A stretch of DNA of 39,997 nucleotides from an uncultured Gammaproteobacteria bacterium (GCA_964636855.1 CAZWVD010000001.1:1-39997); one strand, 5' to 3'; shown: positions 10,485 through 18,464, numbered from the stretch's first letter. Numbers and translations: made by a program. Notes: generated by a model not told the origin, from the sequence alone.

Positions 10485-10700
10485 ATGGCAAAAGCTAAAA
10501 CATATAAAGGAAAGTCAATGAGACTAGGAGGTGGAGGACAATTCGCTAAAATGGTAGATGCAATAAAGAAATCCGGAAAATCAGAAAAAGCCGCAAAGGC
10601 AATAGCTGCATCTGTAGGTAGGAAAAAATACGGCAAAAAAAGATTTGCTAAAATGGCTTCTACTGGAAGAAAGAGATCATCGAGGAAGAAATCTAAATAA
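10485..10700 (+). CDS. small polybasic protein (25 of 71 residues K/R, 2 acidic)
   Basis: Residues counted from the translation MAKAKTYKGK...GRKRSSRKKSK. Confidence 0.6.
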   Translation: MAKAKTYKGKSMRLGGGGQFAKMVDAIKKSGKSEKAAKAIAASVGRKKYGKKRFAKMASTGRKRSSRKKSK

Positions 10701-10717
10701 ATTTTTAATAGCCGCAT

Positions 10718-11164
10718 GTGGCAAAGGATAGAGAAATGTTAACCATAGACCGCAACGAGTTACAATCAATGGTTGAAAGTGCAACTAATAGAGCGGTGGA
10801 TACAAAATTAGTAAAATTAGATAAGATATATGACTTCTTAATGGACGATTTGGAATTTAAAAAAGAAGGGCTTATATCTAAAGTAACTAGAATAGACTGT
10901 GAGAATGAAGAATTTAGGGCAGAAAAGGAGACTAGAAAAGAACTTATAGCAGATTATAAAATCCACGGTGTTGGATGGAATATGGCAGCAGAAGTATTCG
11001 ACGATAAAGAAAAAGCTACCACTATTAAGGAAATGGTAAGTGACTACAAGGGTTTTAAATGGTCATCTAAAACATTAGGTGTTACATCGGTAGCTTCTTT
11101 ACTAGCAACCCTAACATTAGTTATAGCGTTCGTAGGATACATAACAAATATACCACCAAAATGA
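10718..11164 (+). CDS. membrane-anchored protein, holin/spanin-like candidate
   Basis: C-terminal hydrophobic helix LGVTSVASLLATLTLVIAFVGYI. Lies immediately upstream of, and overlaps, the M23 gene. GTG start at 10718, alternative ATG at 10736. Confidence 0.5.
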   Translation: MAKDREMLTIDRNELQSMVESATNRAVDTKLVKLDKIYDFLMDDLEFKKEGLISKVTRIDCENEEFRAEKETRKELIADYKIHGVGWNMAAEVFDDKEKATTIKEMVSDYKGFKWSSKTLGVTSVASLLATLTLVIAFVGYITNIPPK

Positions 11165-12105
11165 GAAGGCCTTATAATGGATATTATCCAATAACAAGTA
11201 CATTTCAACAACATATGTCCGACGGTAGGGCTTCTCAGGCAGGCGTAGATTACGGTCTTCCAACTGGTACTCCCCTATACGCAGTTGTTTCTGGTATAAT
11301 GTATGTATGGGTAGACCCAAAATCAGGTAATGCTAGGGGTATAGATTTACAAGGAAATGATGGAAGACTATATAAATATGTCCATTTATCTAGTTTTGCA
11401 AGAGGAGATGGAAAAGTTAATGAAGGAGATTTGGTAGGGTACTCAGGTGCCACGGGAAACGTAACTGGTCCGCACTTATGTTTTGCCGTAAAACAAAATG
11501 GAGTAAGAATAGATGCGGAATTAATTTTTAATGGCTTATTAAGCCAAGAAAGAATGTTTAAAACAAAAGATAAAGTAATATTAACAAAAGAGTCAATTGG
11601 AGACTCCTCAAATGGAATATTACAAGCTTTTACAGGAACTGTGGGTATAATAATAGATGGGCCTAGAACCATTAATGGCGAATCGTATTATGATATACAG
11701 TGTTCTAATGGTACTGGCTGGGTAAATTCAATGGGAATAGGTTTGACAGATCAATCTGTAAACGCAATTGGTCCAGATTACACCGTTGAGCAAATTAAAA
11801 TACAAGAACAGAACAATATATTACAGGCTTCATTTAAAGATTTGTCTGAACAGGTTCAGATATTAAAAGATAACATGGCTAATATGCAAAGCCAAAACGA
11901 AAAACAAATATCAAGTATAACTAATAGTTACAAGGATGAAATTAATAGATTAGAAACATTGAATGCACAGTTATCTGCTGGAGTACAACCGGTAATAGTT
12001 GTTCAAGACGTTAATGCATTTAGTAGAACCGAATTAGTACTTGCATTATTAGGAAGTTGGTTTCCTAGTTTAAGACCAAAAACTACGGAAAAGAATAATT
12101 TATAA
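11161..12105 (+). CDS. M23/LytM-family peptidase-like protein (putative lysin) with a coiled-coil C-terminus
   Basis: ITSTF..(x)..GVDYGLPTGTPLYAVVSG, YKYVHL and GYSGATGNVTGPHLCF follow the M23 pattern. Two metal-ligand positions are substituted (see findings). Confidence 0.7.
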   Translation: MRRPYNGYYPITSTFQQHMSDGRASQAGVDYGLPTGTPLYAVVSGIMYVWVDPKSGNARGIDLQGNDGRLYKYVHLSSFARGDGKVNEGDLVGYSGATGNVTGPHLCFAVKQNGVRIDAELIFNGLLSQERMFKTKDKVILTKESIGDSSNGILQAFTGTVGIIIDGPRTINGESYYDIQCSNGTGWVNSMGIGLTDQSVNAIGPDYTVEQIKIQEQNNILQASFKDLSEQVQILKDNMANMQSQNEKQISSITNSYKDEINRLETLNAQLSAGVQPVIVVQDVNAFSRTELVLALLGSWFPSLRPKTTEKNNL

Positions 12106-12115
12106 TTACTTAATT

Positions 12116-12382
12116 ATGTTCGACAAATATAACAAATTTATAGACTCTAAAATAGAGAATAATGTTTTAAAGTCTGTCTTAAAATATGATATATTCGTAT
12201 TGATAGGAAGCGTACTTCCATTTATAATCATGTTAATTCCTCAGATTGACATAGACCCAACCATAAAGTCTGGAATATCTTTAATAATTGGTATAGTATT
12301 TAAAATACTAGTAACTAATTTTGACAAGGACGGAGACGGAAATCTCGATAGCGATGATATCAAATCAGAGGATATTAAATAA
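12116..12382 (+). CDS. small two-TM membrane protein with EF-hand-like loop (holin candidate)
   Basis: Hydrophobic segments IFVLIGSVLPFIIMLIP and GISLIIGIVFKILV. C-terminal DKDGDGNLDSDD. Last gene of the lysis cluster. Confidence 0.55.
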   Translation: MFDKYNKFIDSKIENNVLKSVLKYDIFVLIGSVLPFIIMLIPQIDIDPTIKSGISLIIGIVFKILVTNFDKDGDGNLDSDDIKSEDIK

Positions 12383-12392
12383 TCCTCTGATT
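12363..12392. terminator. bidirectional hairpin between convergent gene blocks
   Basis: Perfect 11-bp inverted repeat aatcagaggat/atcctctgatt with an 8-nt loop, located where the + and - blocks converge. Confidence 0.6.
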
Positions 12393-12405
12393 ACCGACAT
12401 TATTT

Positions 12406-12609
12406 CTAATTAAATCCCATTCTCCTTGGCGACTTATAGCATTTCAATTCTCCGGGTCTAAACCAATAAAGAATGTTCTTATCGTCTACACATCCATACA
12501 ATATAGAATTATCTATATTAATCTGTATACTTGACACCATAAACTTAGAGCTTCTATCTAACACTGTACTTATGTATTCCCCTAGTTTAAATTGGTTATT
12601 TACAAACAT
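12406..12609 (-). CDS. hypothetical protein (67 aa)
   Basis: ORF at the end of the minus block. Its start overlaps the methyltransferase stop. Confidence 0.5.
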   Translation of the reverse strand: MFVNNQFKLGEYISTVLDRSSKFMVSSIQINIDNSILYGCVDDKNILYWFRPGELKCYKSPRRMGFN

Positions 12610-13814
12610 TTTACATTAACTATTTTATCTAATAAATAATCTACACAATTAACAACAACTCCATTTCCGCAAAGTTTATATCTTTGTGTGTCTGAGATAA
12701 CTCCGTCACATGAAGTCCAACCATCTTCTAGACCCATCAATCTTTCGCACTCAACTGGGGTAAGTCTGCGGATGCGGAAACCTTGTTTTAGCATTGGTAG
12801 ATTATCAGATGTAGGATTGGCAGAAAGACAACCTACTTCACTAGACTCCCTATACTTTCTCTTATCGACATCGCCAGAAGGTCTTATCATTACCCCGTTC
12901 CTATCCTGAGTATTAAGTGTGAAACTAGGTTCTCCGTTCTCTTTGAACCTTCTGCCATTCTGTCTCTTTTCTAACCTATCAGGTGTTAAAACTGGTATCG
13001 CTACCCCCACCGTACAGGCGGTATCTATTGTATAAGTAAGTCCGTCTTCTCTTTGTAAATGTCCATAGCCTCCTGCATTTTTATTCTTTAATAAACTAGG
13101 TCTATTAGCCGAACGTGGTTGCAGATTATGAACTATCGGCTCGGCTTTAGAAGTTACTGCATACAACCCTGTCTTTGCTCCAACTCTACCTGCTTGACTC
13201 GCCTGTGCTGTAGCTAACCCCTCTGAACTATAGACCCTGTAGCCCTGGCTTTGCCCTGTTGTAAGTTCTCTAAGAGTTTGTTTTGTATTTTCTCTGAAAG
13301 GTAGTATTTCTCGTTCACTTCCGTTTCTAATACCGATGATAAAGATACGCTCTCTATTTTGTGGAACTCCAAAGTCTTTGGCATTGAGTACAACCCATTC
13401 GAGAGAATACCCTGCTTGTTCCATTTCAATTTGCACCCTTGCAAAGTCCCAGCCCCCATTTGATGATAAAGCTCCTTTAACATTCTCCCAGATAAAATAC
13501 TCAGGCTTAACGTCTTTGACCGCTCTGATATACTCAAAGAATAGTCCTGACCTTGCACCAATAAGTCCTTTTCGCTTTCCAGCCACAGACAAGTCTTGGC
13601 AAGGACTTCCCCCCGTAACGAGGTCGACCTTTCCGTTGAACTGTTTAAAATCAATTTGGGATATATCTCCATAGTTTTTAATATTTGGATAATGATAATT
13701 TAAAACTTGAATTGCATACTTATCTATCTCGCTAAAACCTACTGTTTCCATCCCATGCCTTTTTGCCGAAATAGTAAACCCACCGTAACCTGAAAACAAA
13801 TCTAAATGCTTCAT
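12600..13814 (-). CDS. DNA (cytosine-5)-methyltransferase
   Basis: C5-MTase motifs read in order: DLFSGYGGF (I), GGSPCQDLS (IV, PCQ), ENVKG (VI), QNRERIFIIG (VIII), GNGVVV (X). Confidence 0.9.
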   Translation of the reverse strand: MKHLDLFSGYGGFTISAKRHGMETVGFSEIDKYAIQVLNYHYPNIKNYGDISQIDFKQFNGKVDLVTGGSPCQDLSVAGKRKGLIGARSGLFFEYIRAVKDVKPEYFIWENVKGALSSNGGWDFARVQIEMEQAGYSLEWVVLNAKDFGVPQNRERIFIIGIRNGSEREILPFRENTKQTLRELTTGQSQGYRVYSSEGLATAQASQAGRVGAKTGLYAVTSKAEPIVHNLQPRSANRPSLLKNKNAGGYGHLQREDGLTYTIDTACTVGVAIPVLTPDRLEKRQNGRRFKENGEPSFTLNTQDRNGVMIRPSGDVDKRKYRESSEVGCLSANPTSDNLPMLKQGFRIRRLTPVECERLMGLEDGWTSCDGVISDTQRYKLCGNGVVVNCVDYLLDKIVNVKCL

Positions 13815-14140
13815 GCTATATCCCTTTCATGCACATAGTCAACACAAGGTTCGTATCCCGTGTTAAGCCAAACCACAAGTGAGAACTTAAAATTAGGGTC
13901 GCTAGTTTCTCCAACGAGAACGCCGTCCATTTCAATACCCCCAAATCTCATGCAACGACCATGTACACTTCTGTATTGCTCGGGACTATAAAAGAAACAA
14001 TTAAGTCCGTGTCTTGAAGGTTCAACGCCTAGGTCTTCGTCATAAAACAATCGACCTGAGGCTTGTTCGTCTATCTCTGCATCGGATAAATGATTAAAAT
14101 TAGTTTGAGGACCTAATTGTTGTTCTGCTCCAGTTGGCAT
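13811..14140 (-). CDS. hypothetical protein (109 aa)
   Basis: ORF coupled (ATGA-type overlap) to the methyltransferase gene. Confidence 0.6.
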   Translation of the reverse strand: MPTGAEQQLGPQTNFNHLSDAEIDEQASGRLFYDEDLGVEPSRHGLNCFFYSPEQYRSVHGRCMRFGGIEMDGVLVGETSDPNFKFSLVVWLNTGYEPCVDYVHERDIA

Positions 14141-14178
14141 ATTTATATAATTAAAAATTATTTACAATCGTATTGTTT

Positions 14179-14361
14179 TTACTTATTTTTTCTACCGTTA
14201 TTATCGAACTCTAATACAGGCTCTTCATATATTGCTGGCGGTACAAATAATGTTCTCATCTTAAACTCTGCTAACTTTCCGTCGTTCCATTGAGTTATTG
14301 GTCTAATATACCCTACAATGCGAGAAAATATCTCGCAACGGGTTCGTTTACTGTTCTCCAT
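14179..14361 (-). CDS. NrdD C-terminal (glycyl-radical loop)-like mini-protein
   Basis: SRIVGYIRPITQWNDGKLAEFKMR resembles the class III RNR C-terminus (R-V-x-G-Y-L....N-x-G-K..E...R). Confidence 0.5.
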   Translation of the reverse strand: MENSKRTRCEIFSRIVGYIRPITQWNDGKLAEFKMRTLFVPPAIYEEPVLEFDNNGRKNK

Positions 14362-15430
14362 TTAACATATTTAACATTTTAGTAGCTTTGTCAACTCCAA
14401 TTACAGGGGTAATGTCTTTCTTTTTAGGATCTAGAATAAAGCACGTAGCTCCAGTTTGCCATACTGGATATCCAAGTCCTGCTGAATATCTATCATATGC
14501 CTTATAACTTCCTGTCTTAGCAAAATATACATTCCTAGACTTTCCGTCTCTTTTAAACGCCCATTCTTCTACTCCTAATTCGTGCGTATGGCCGCTTAGT
14601 ACAATGTCTGAATTTGGAGCATGCATCTCGAACTGTCTATGATTGGAATGCTGAGGATTAATTGTCGAATTGTATTTAGTCCTATGGGAACCAAATATAT
14701 TATAAACAACATTGCCTACTTTCCAATGTACATTTCCACCTTCTCTCAAATGTGGAACTATATTATTATATCCAAACGCAAGTGTAAAGAACTCTATTCC
14801 GGCGTTCTTAATAAGCCATTCACTATCATGGTTTCCAGATATTGTTGCTAGCATTTTATTATTATCTAACATTTCTTTAGCCCAAGAATTAATAATATTT
14901 ACTTGTTCTTGAGGATTCATAACCTGTTCGTAAACTCCCGGAGCCCAAGTAAAGTTATCTACTAAATCTCCAAGAGATAATAAATGTGAGTTTGGATTTT
15001 CTAAGATTAAATTACTGTCCCTTAAAAATGTAGCCCAGTCAAAATATTCACAACCCATGTGAATATCTCCTGAGCATACTAATAACTGATACTTATCTGT
15101 ATTCGTTTCTATAGAAACATCGTTTGTACTAGTTTCTATTTCTTTTCTAAAACCTTGTCTTCTTTGCAATTCTTCCAGTTGTTCTCTCCATTCGGAACTT
15201 CTATTAACTGTCGGAGATACATTAAATGTCTCTGGACTATTGCCTAAAATAGTTCTTTCGGTGCCTCTTTCGTCTATGACTAATCTCATTTTTTTAGTTC
15301 GTCTTTTAATTACGGAATTAACTCCACTCTCGAACGCTTTTTTAAGTAGTATTTCAAGTGGTAGGTCGGAATTAGTGTTGTCGGAACTACTTGTATTCTT
15401 TCTTGGTCTTCCTCTCTTTCTTGTCGGCAT
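14348..15430 (-). CDS. calcineurin-like metallophosphoesterase with N-terminal AT-hook
   Basis: Motifs GDIHMG, GDLVDN, GNHD and GHTHE. N-terminal RKRGRPRKN. Confidence 0.8.
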   Translation of the reverse strand: MPTRKRGRPRKNTSSSDNTNSDLPLEILLKKAFESGVNSVIKRRTKKMRLVIDERGTERTILGNSPETFNVSPTVNRSSEWREQLEELQRRQGFRKEIETSTNDVSIETNTDKYQLLVCSGDIHMGCEYFDWATFLRDSNLILENPNSHLLSLGDLVDNFTWAPGVYEQVMNPQEQVNIINSWAKEMLDNNKMLATISGNHDSEWLIKNAGIEFFTLAFGYNNIVPHLREGGNVHWKVGNVVYNIFGSHRTKYNSTINPQHSNHRQFEMHAPNSDIVLSGHTHELGVEEWAFKRDGKSRNVYFAKTGSYKAYDRYSAGLGYPVWQTGATCFILDPKKKDITPVIGVDKATKMLNMLNGEQ

Positions 15431-16172
15431 TGTTTTTATTTAATAATTTAACTCTATTCTCGGCATCATATAACCAATTCTTATTATTAGTACATTTGTC
15501 GTGGCAAGGACAATATTTAGAAACCCAGTTTACAACATACTTGCCAGTCTCTTCGTCGACGATAACGTCTTCGGTACCCGGCATAGTATTGGAGTCAATA
15601 CATGTTCTAAGATTATTAAAATAATCATATGCCTCGTTAGTTCTTTTCTCTATATTATCTACAAAAGAAGCCTTAAGACATGCATCATCCTTACTGATAT
15701 AAACTATCATAGGGATTAATTCTTCTGAGAACAATGGTTGTAGCTCTGATTTATATATACAGACTTGTCTAGCATGATGGGGTTTAGCATATTCAATTCT
15801 GCTACCTCCTCCTTTATGGAATCCCATACTATTCATAGTTTTGAAGTCTACTATATATAATTTATTATCCTGTCTAATAATAGCATCACACCTTCCTTTT
15901 AAATTAAGTTTACTATTATTGAACGACAATTCGCTACTAACCAAATCTCCTGAGTTTCTAAATACCCCCTCTATCCAATCGTGAATCTGCGTACCAATTT
16001 CAAACACTCTAAGTGTCCTGCTATCGTATTCTGGTACGAATCCATTTACAATCCTTTGATAAACAAACCCTGGGCATACGCCTAAATCGGAAGCGTGTAG
16101 GCAGGTATTATCCCGCACACTGTCTTTTCTGGAATCTTTAATCTGTTTGTCTAATATTGTTTGTATATCCAC
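15387..16172 (-). CDS. PD-(D/E)XK nuclease, Cas4/RecB-exonuclease-like
   Basis: CDAII..(x)..LYIVDFK core, N-terminal Cys and C-terminal YCPCHDKC cluster. GTG start. Confidence 0.6.
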   Translation of the reverse strand: MDIQTILDKQIKDSRKDSVRDNTCLHASDLGVCPGFVYQRIVNGFVPEYDSRTLRVFEIGTQIHDWIEGVFRNSGDLVSSELSFNNSKLNLKGRCDAIIRQDNKLYIVDFKTMNSMGFHKGGGSRIEYAKPHHARQVCIYKSELQPLFSEELIPMIVYISKDDACLKASFVDNIEKRTNEAYDYFNNLRTCIDSNTMPGTEDVIVDEETGKYVVNWVSKYCPCHDKCTNNKNWLYDAENRVKLLNKNNADKKERKTKKEYK

Positions 16173-16191
16173 GTCGGTATAAATGTATTAA

Positions 16192-16488
16192 TTAAAATGG
16201 AAAATCATCATTGGCACAGATGGACTTATTAACCTGATTAATATCATCCGAGAACTTCTCTTTGTCAGCTTCTTTTCCTATCTTATTATATGTACCAATA
16301 TCTGCATTTGGCTTCCAAGGTTCTCTTTCTGTATCAATAACGGTTGAAAAATATGGCTTACCCTTTGTATCCAATTTAGATACGCTAAACATACTATCTA
16401 CCCATTCTCCGTTAGTATTCTTATATGATAATAAGAATCTATCTTTCCCCTTGATCTCTTTTACCTTTAAGGTAACTGGAATTTCCAT
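16192..16488 (-). CDS. hypothetical protein (98 aa)
   Basis: ORF in the minus block. No motif recognised. Confidence 0.6.
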   Translation of the reverse strand: MEIPVTLKVKEIKGKDRFLLSYKNTNGEWVDSMFSVSKLDTKGKPYFSTVIDTEREPWKPNADIGTYNKIGKEADKEKFSDDINQVNKSICANDDFPF

Positions 16489-16524
16489 TTTAACATGTAT
16501 TTATAAATTATTACTAATATAATA

Positions 16525-16869
16525 TCAGCTATTGTTGTTATTGTCAATATCCACAAGCTTATATTCCGAATAAAAGCCGTCCTTGCCAGGTCTTTTAATA
16601 AAAGTTCTCTTTCCATATTGAGTTTCTAGTACGGACAAGAAACATGCAATTTTCCACCACCACATGGATTTAGTCATAAAGCGTTTGTCTGGATATAAAT
16701 CCCTAGATTGTTCAAGCCACTCTTTAGATCTAGCAATCCATAGTTTGTTCCTTCTGGCTATTTCTGTCATATCATCTATACTCCTCCATTTCGTAGGACT
16801 CATTAATAGATATACTATATTCCAAGATTTTTCAGGTTTAAATGTTTTATCGTTGCTCATATGCATCAA
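16525..16869 (-). CDS. hypothetical protein (114 aa)
   Basis: ORF in the minus block. Confidence 0.6.
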   Translation of the reverse strand: MMHMSNDKTFKPEKSWNIVYLLMSPTKWRSIDDMTEIARRNKLWIARSKEWLEQSRDLYPDKRFMTKSMWWWKIACFLSVLETQYGKRTFIKRPGKDGFYSEYKLVDIDNNNNS

Positions 16870-17170
16870 TTAATCTTATCAGCTTTTTCCACGGTAATAT
16901 AGCCATTGGTTCTAATCTATCGCCCGCGGTAACCACAATCGGTATATACATTTCCGTTACATTCTGTATCTCATTAATAGTATTAACCGGAACATAGTCG
17001 GCGTGTTTTTTACACTGTATGAGAAAATCTCCGGTATTTGCTATATCAACGCCGTACGCTTCACCGTCTTGATACTCTAAATGCCTCCTAGCCTCTGGAA
17101 AGATATGTTTAATATCATTAACTACCTTTCTCTCGAAACTATGTCCCTTTGTCCTTTGATATTTACCCAT
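16847..17170 (-). CDS. Hjc/archaeal-type Holliday junction resolvase-like nuclease
   Basis: KGHSFERKVVNDI ... YGVDIANTGDFLIQCKK fits the E...D...(E/Q)xK PD-(D/E)XK resolvase layout. Confidence 0.5.
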   Translation of the reverse strand: MGKYQRTKGHSFERKVVNDIKHIFPEARRHLEYQDGEAYGVDIANTGDFLIQCKKHADYVPVNTINEIQNVTEMYIPIVVTAGDRLEPMAILPWKKLIRLIDAYEQR

Positions 17171-17178
17171 ATATAGTA

Positions 17179-17373
17179 TTATCTATTAGCAAAAAGATAT
17201 CCAGCTAATATTCCTAAAATAAAAATTATTAACATAACAAATACTGCTAAAATTGCATCTGCACCATTCTCGACTTGACTTATGTTCTGAATATCACATT
17301 TATCTACAGTTTGTACTATGTACTGTTTGTTATCTGAATGTTCTTCGTTAGTATTGAATATTTGTGTTTCCAT
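17179..17373 (-). CDS. small membrane protein (64 aa)
   Basis: C-terminal TM ILAVFVMLIIFILGILAGYLF. Confidence 0.55.
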   Translation of the reverse strand: METQIFNTNEEHSDNKQYIVQTVDKCDIQNISQVENGADAILAVFVMLIIFILGILAGYLFANR

Positions 17374-17407
17374 AATTATTAAAATTATAAATTAATTTCA
17401 TTAATCT

Positions 17408-17893
17408 TTATGATTCCAATGAACGCTCAGTTAATAAACTATCAATGTAAGATTCTAAATGTTGTTTACATTCAAGGTCTTGTTCTTTTGTAAGTCTCTT
17501 AGCACCCTGTTCTACGCTTATAAAGAAGCTATCCATCCCGTATAGAAAATGTCCTATTCCAAAATGTACGGCACATCTTTTAAGTGCATCACTTACTGCG
17601 TCTTTCATGGGTTCTTTACTAAGTTCACTATTAGGATATCCCACATCTTCTCTAATACAATTGCTAATTTCTAGCTTTCCATGTACAAATCCATTAGCTT
17701 CCTCAAATTTAAACGACCATCCAAAAATTCCCAAGGCATCGTTAAGTCTTTTCTGTACTGCCCTAGCATCTATGTGGTACGTAATCATTGCGAATGTTCC
17801 TCTTTGCGTAGTCATAATGTTATTAATCTTCCAAGAAATGTCCTCAACTGCAAACGGAGCTGTAAGCAATTTTGAGATATCGGTATTTGGCAT
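17408..17893 (-). CDS. Rad52/Sak-like single-strand annealing protein
   Basis: YHIDARAVQKRLNDALGIFGWSF and AVSDALKRCAVHFGIGHFLY resemble Rad52-family SSAP signatures. Confidence 0.55.
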   Translation of the reverse strand: MPNTDISKLLTAPFAVEDISWKINNIMTTQRGTFAMITYHIDARAVQKRLNDALGIFGWSFKFEEANGFVHGKLEISNCIREDVGYPNSELSKEPMKDAVSDALKRCAVHFGIGHFLYGMDSFFISVEQGAKRLTKEQDLECKQHLESYIDSLLTERSLES

Positions 17894-18033
17894 TTAGTTA
17901 TAAATAATAATTTAATCAACCCATAGTACTACTAATCAACAAATATGTCAATAGATTCCATACAAATAATTTTGATTTATGTACTTGACTTATTTTGATT
18001 AGTATGATAATAGATATTATATATTATACTAAT

Positions 18034-18061
18034 GAGACAGAGATCTCGCAATCTCTGTCTC
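18034..18061. promoter_or_regulatory. perfect 11-bp palindrome hairpin in the divergent control region
   Basis: gagacagagat-ctcgca-atctctgtctc read directly. Lies between the divergently transcribed blocks. Confidence 0.5.
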
Positions 18062-18133
18062 AATTGAGCTAATTATATCATATTATTAGAAATTGTCAAT
18101 AGTTGTTTGTAATATTTTTAGATGAAATGATTA

Positions 18134-18162
18134 TTGACTTTGTTTGGTAAATAACCTATACT
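18134..18162 (+). promoter_or_regulatory. sigma70-type promoter TTGACT-17 nt-TATACT
   Basis: Spacer counted by hand. The -10 element ends 19 nt before the ATG at 18182. Confidence 0.5.
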
Positions 18163-18181
18163 TTTGTTTAGTTAAATTTTA

Positions 18182-18445
18182 ATGACTATCTGTATGGAAT
18201 TATCTGTAGAGCAATTAGAAGACAAGAGTATTTTCTTGACGTTACGTTTAGATATAAAAGACATAGAGGAATGTCCAATATCTGGTGAGGAGAAGAAACT
18301 TGCAGAGCAATTAACGGCCTCTGAAGGGGTTGGGAATAGAATGGCGGGATATGCGATTATTTGTAAAGTAATAGAAAATTCGCAATTAAAAGCGAAGAAG
18401 AAATCTAAAAACAAAATAGAGATTCCTTCATCTATAATACTTTAA
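18182..18445 (+). CDS. hypothetical early protein (87 aa)
   Basis: First ORF after the promoter. Preferred over the antisense 18172-18414 ORF on strand context. Confidence 0.5.
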   Translation: MTICMELSVEQLEDKSIFLTLRLDIKDIEECPISGEEKKLAEQLTASEGVGNRMAGYAIICKVIENSQLKAKKKSKNKIEIPSSIIL

Positions 18446-18464
18446 TTGTTAAGAATTTATTAAA

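Noticed and set aside
11117-11672. Minus-strand ORFs 11117-11320 and 11250-11672
   Set aside because: They are antisense to the M23 peptidase gene, whose motifs are unambiguous.
12688-13674. ORFs 12688-12909 (+), 13336-13674 (+) and 13214-13672 (-, alternative frame)
   Set aside because: All lie within the C5-methyltransferase gene, which carries the complete motif set in its own frame.
18172-18414. Minus-strand 80-aa ORF opposite 18182-18445
   Set aside because: The + strand ORF sits directly behind a strong + strand promoter and in the + block. The minus ORF would have no upstream promoter context.
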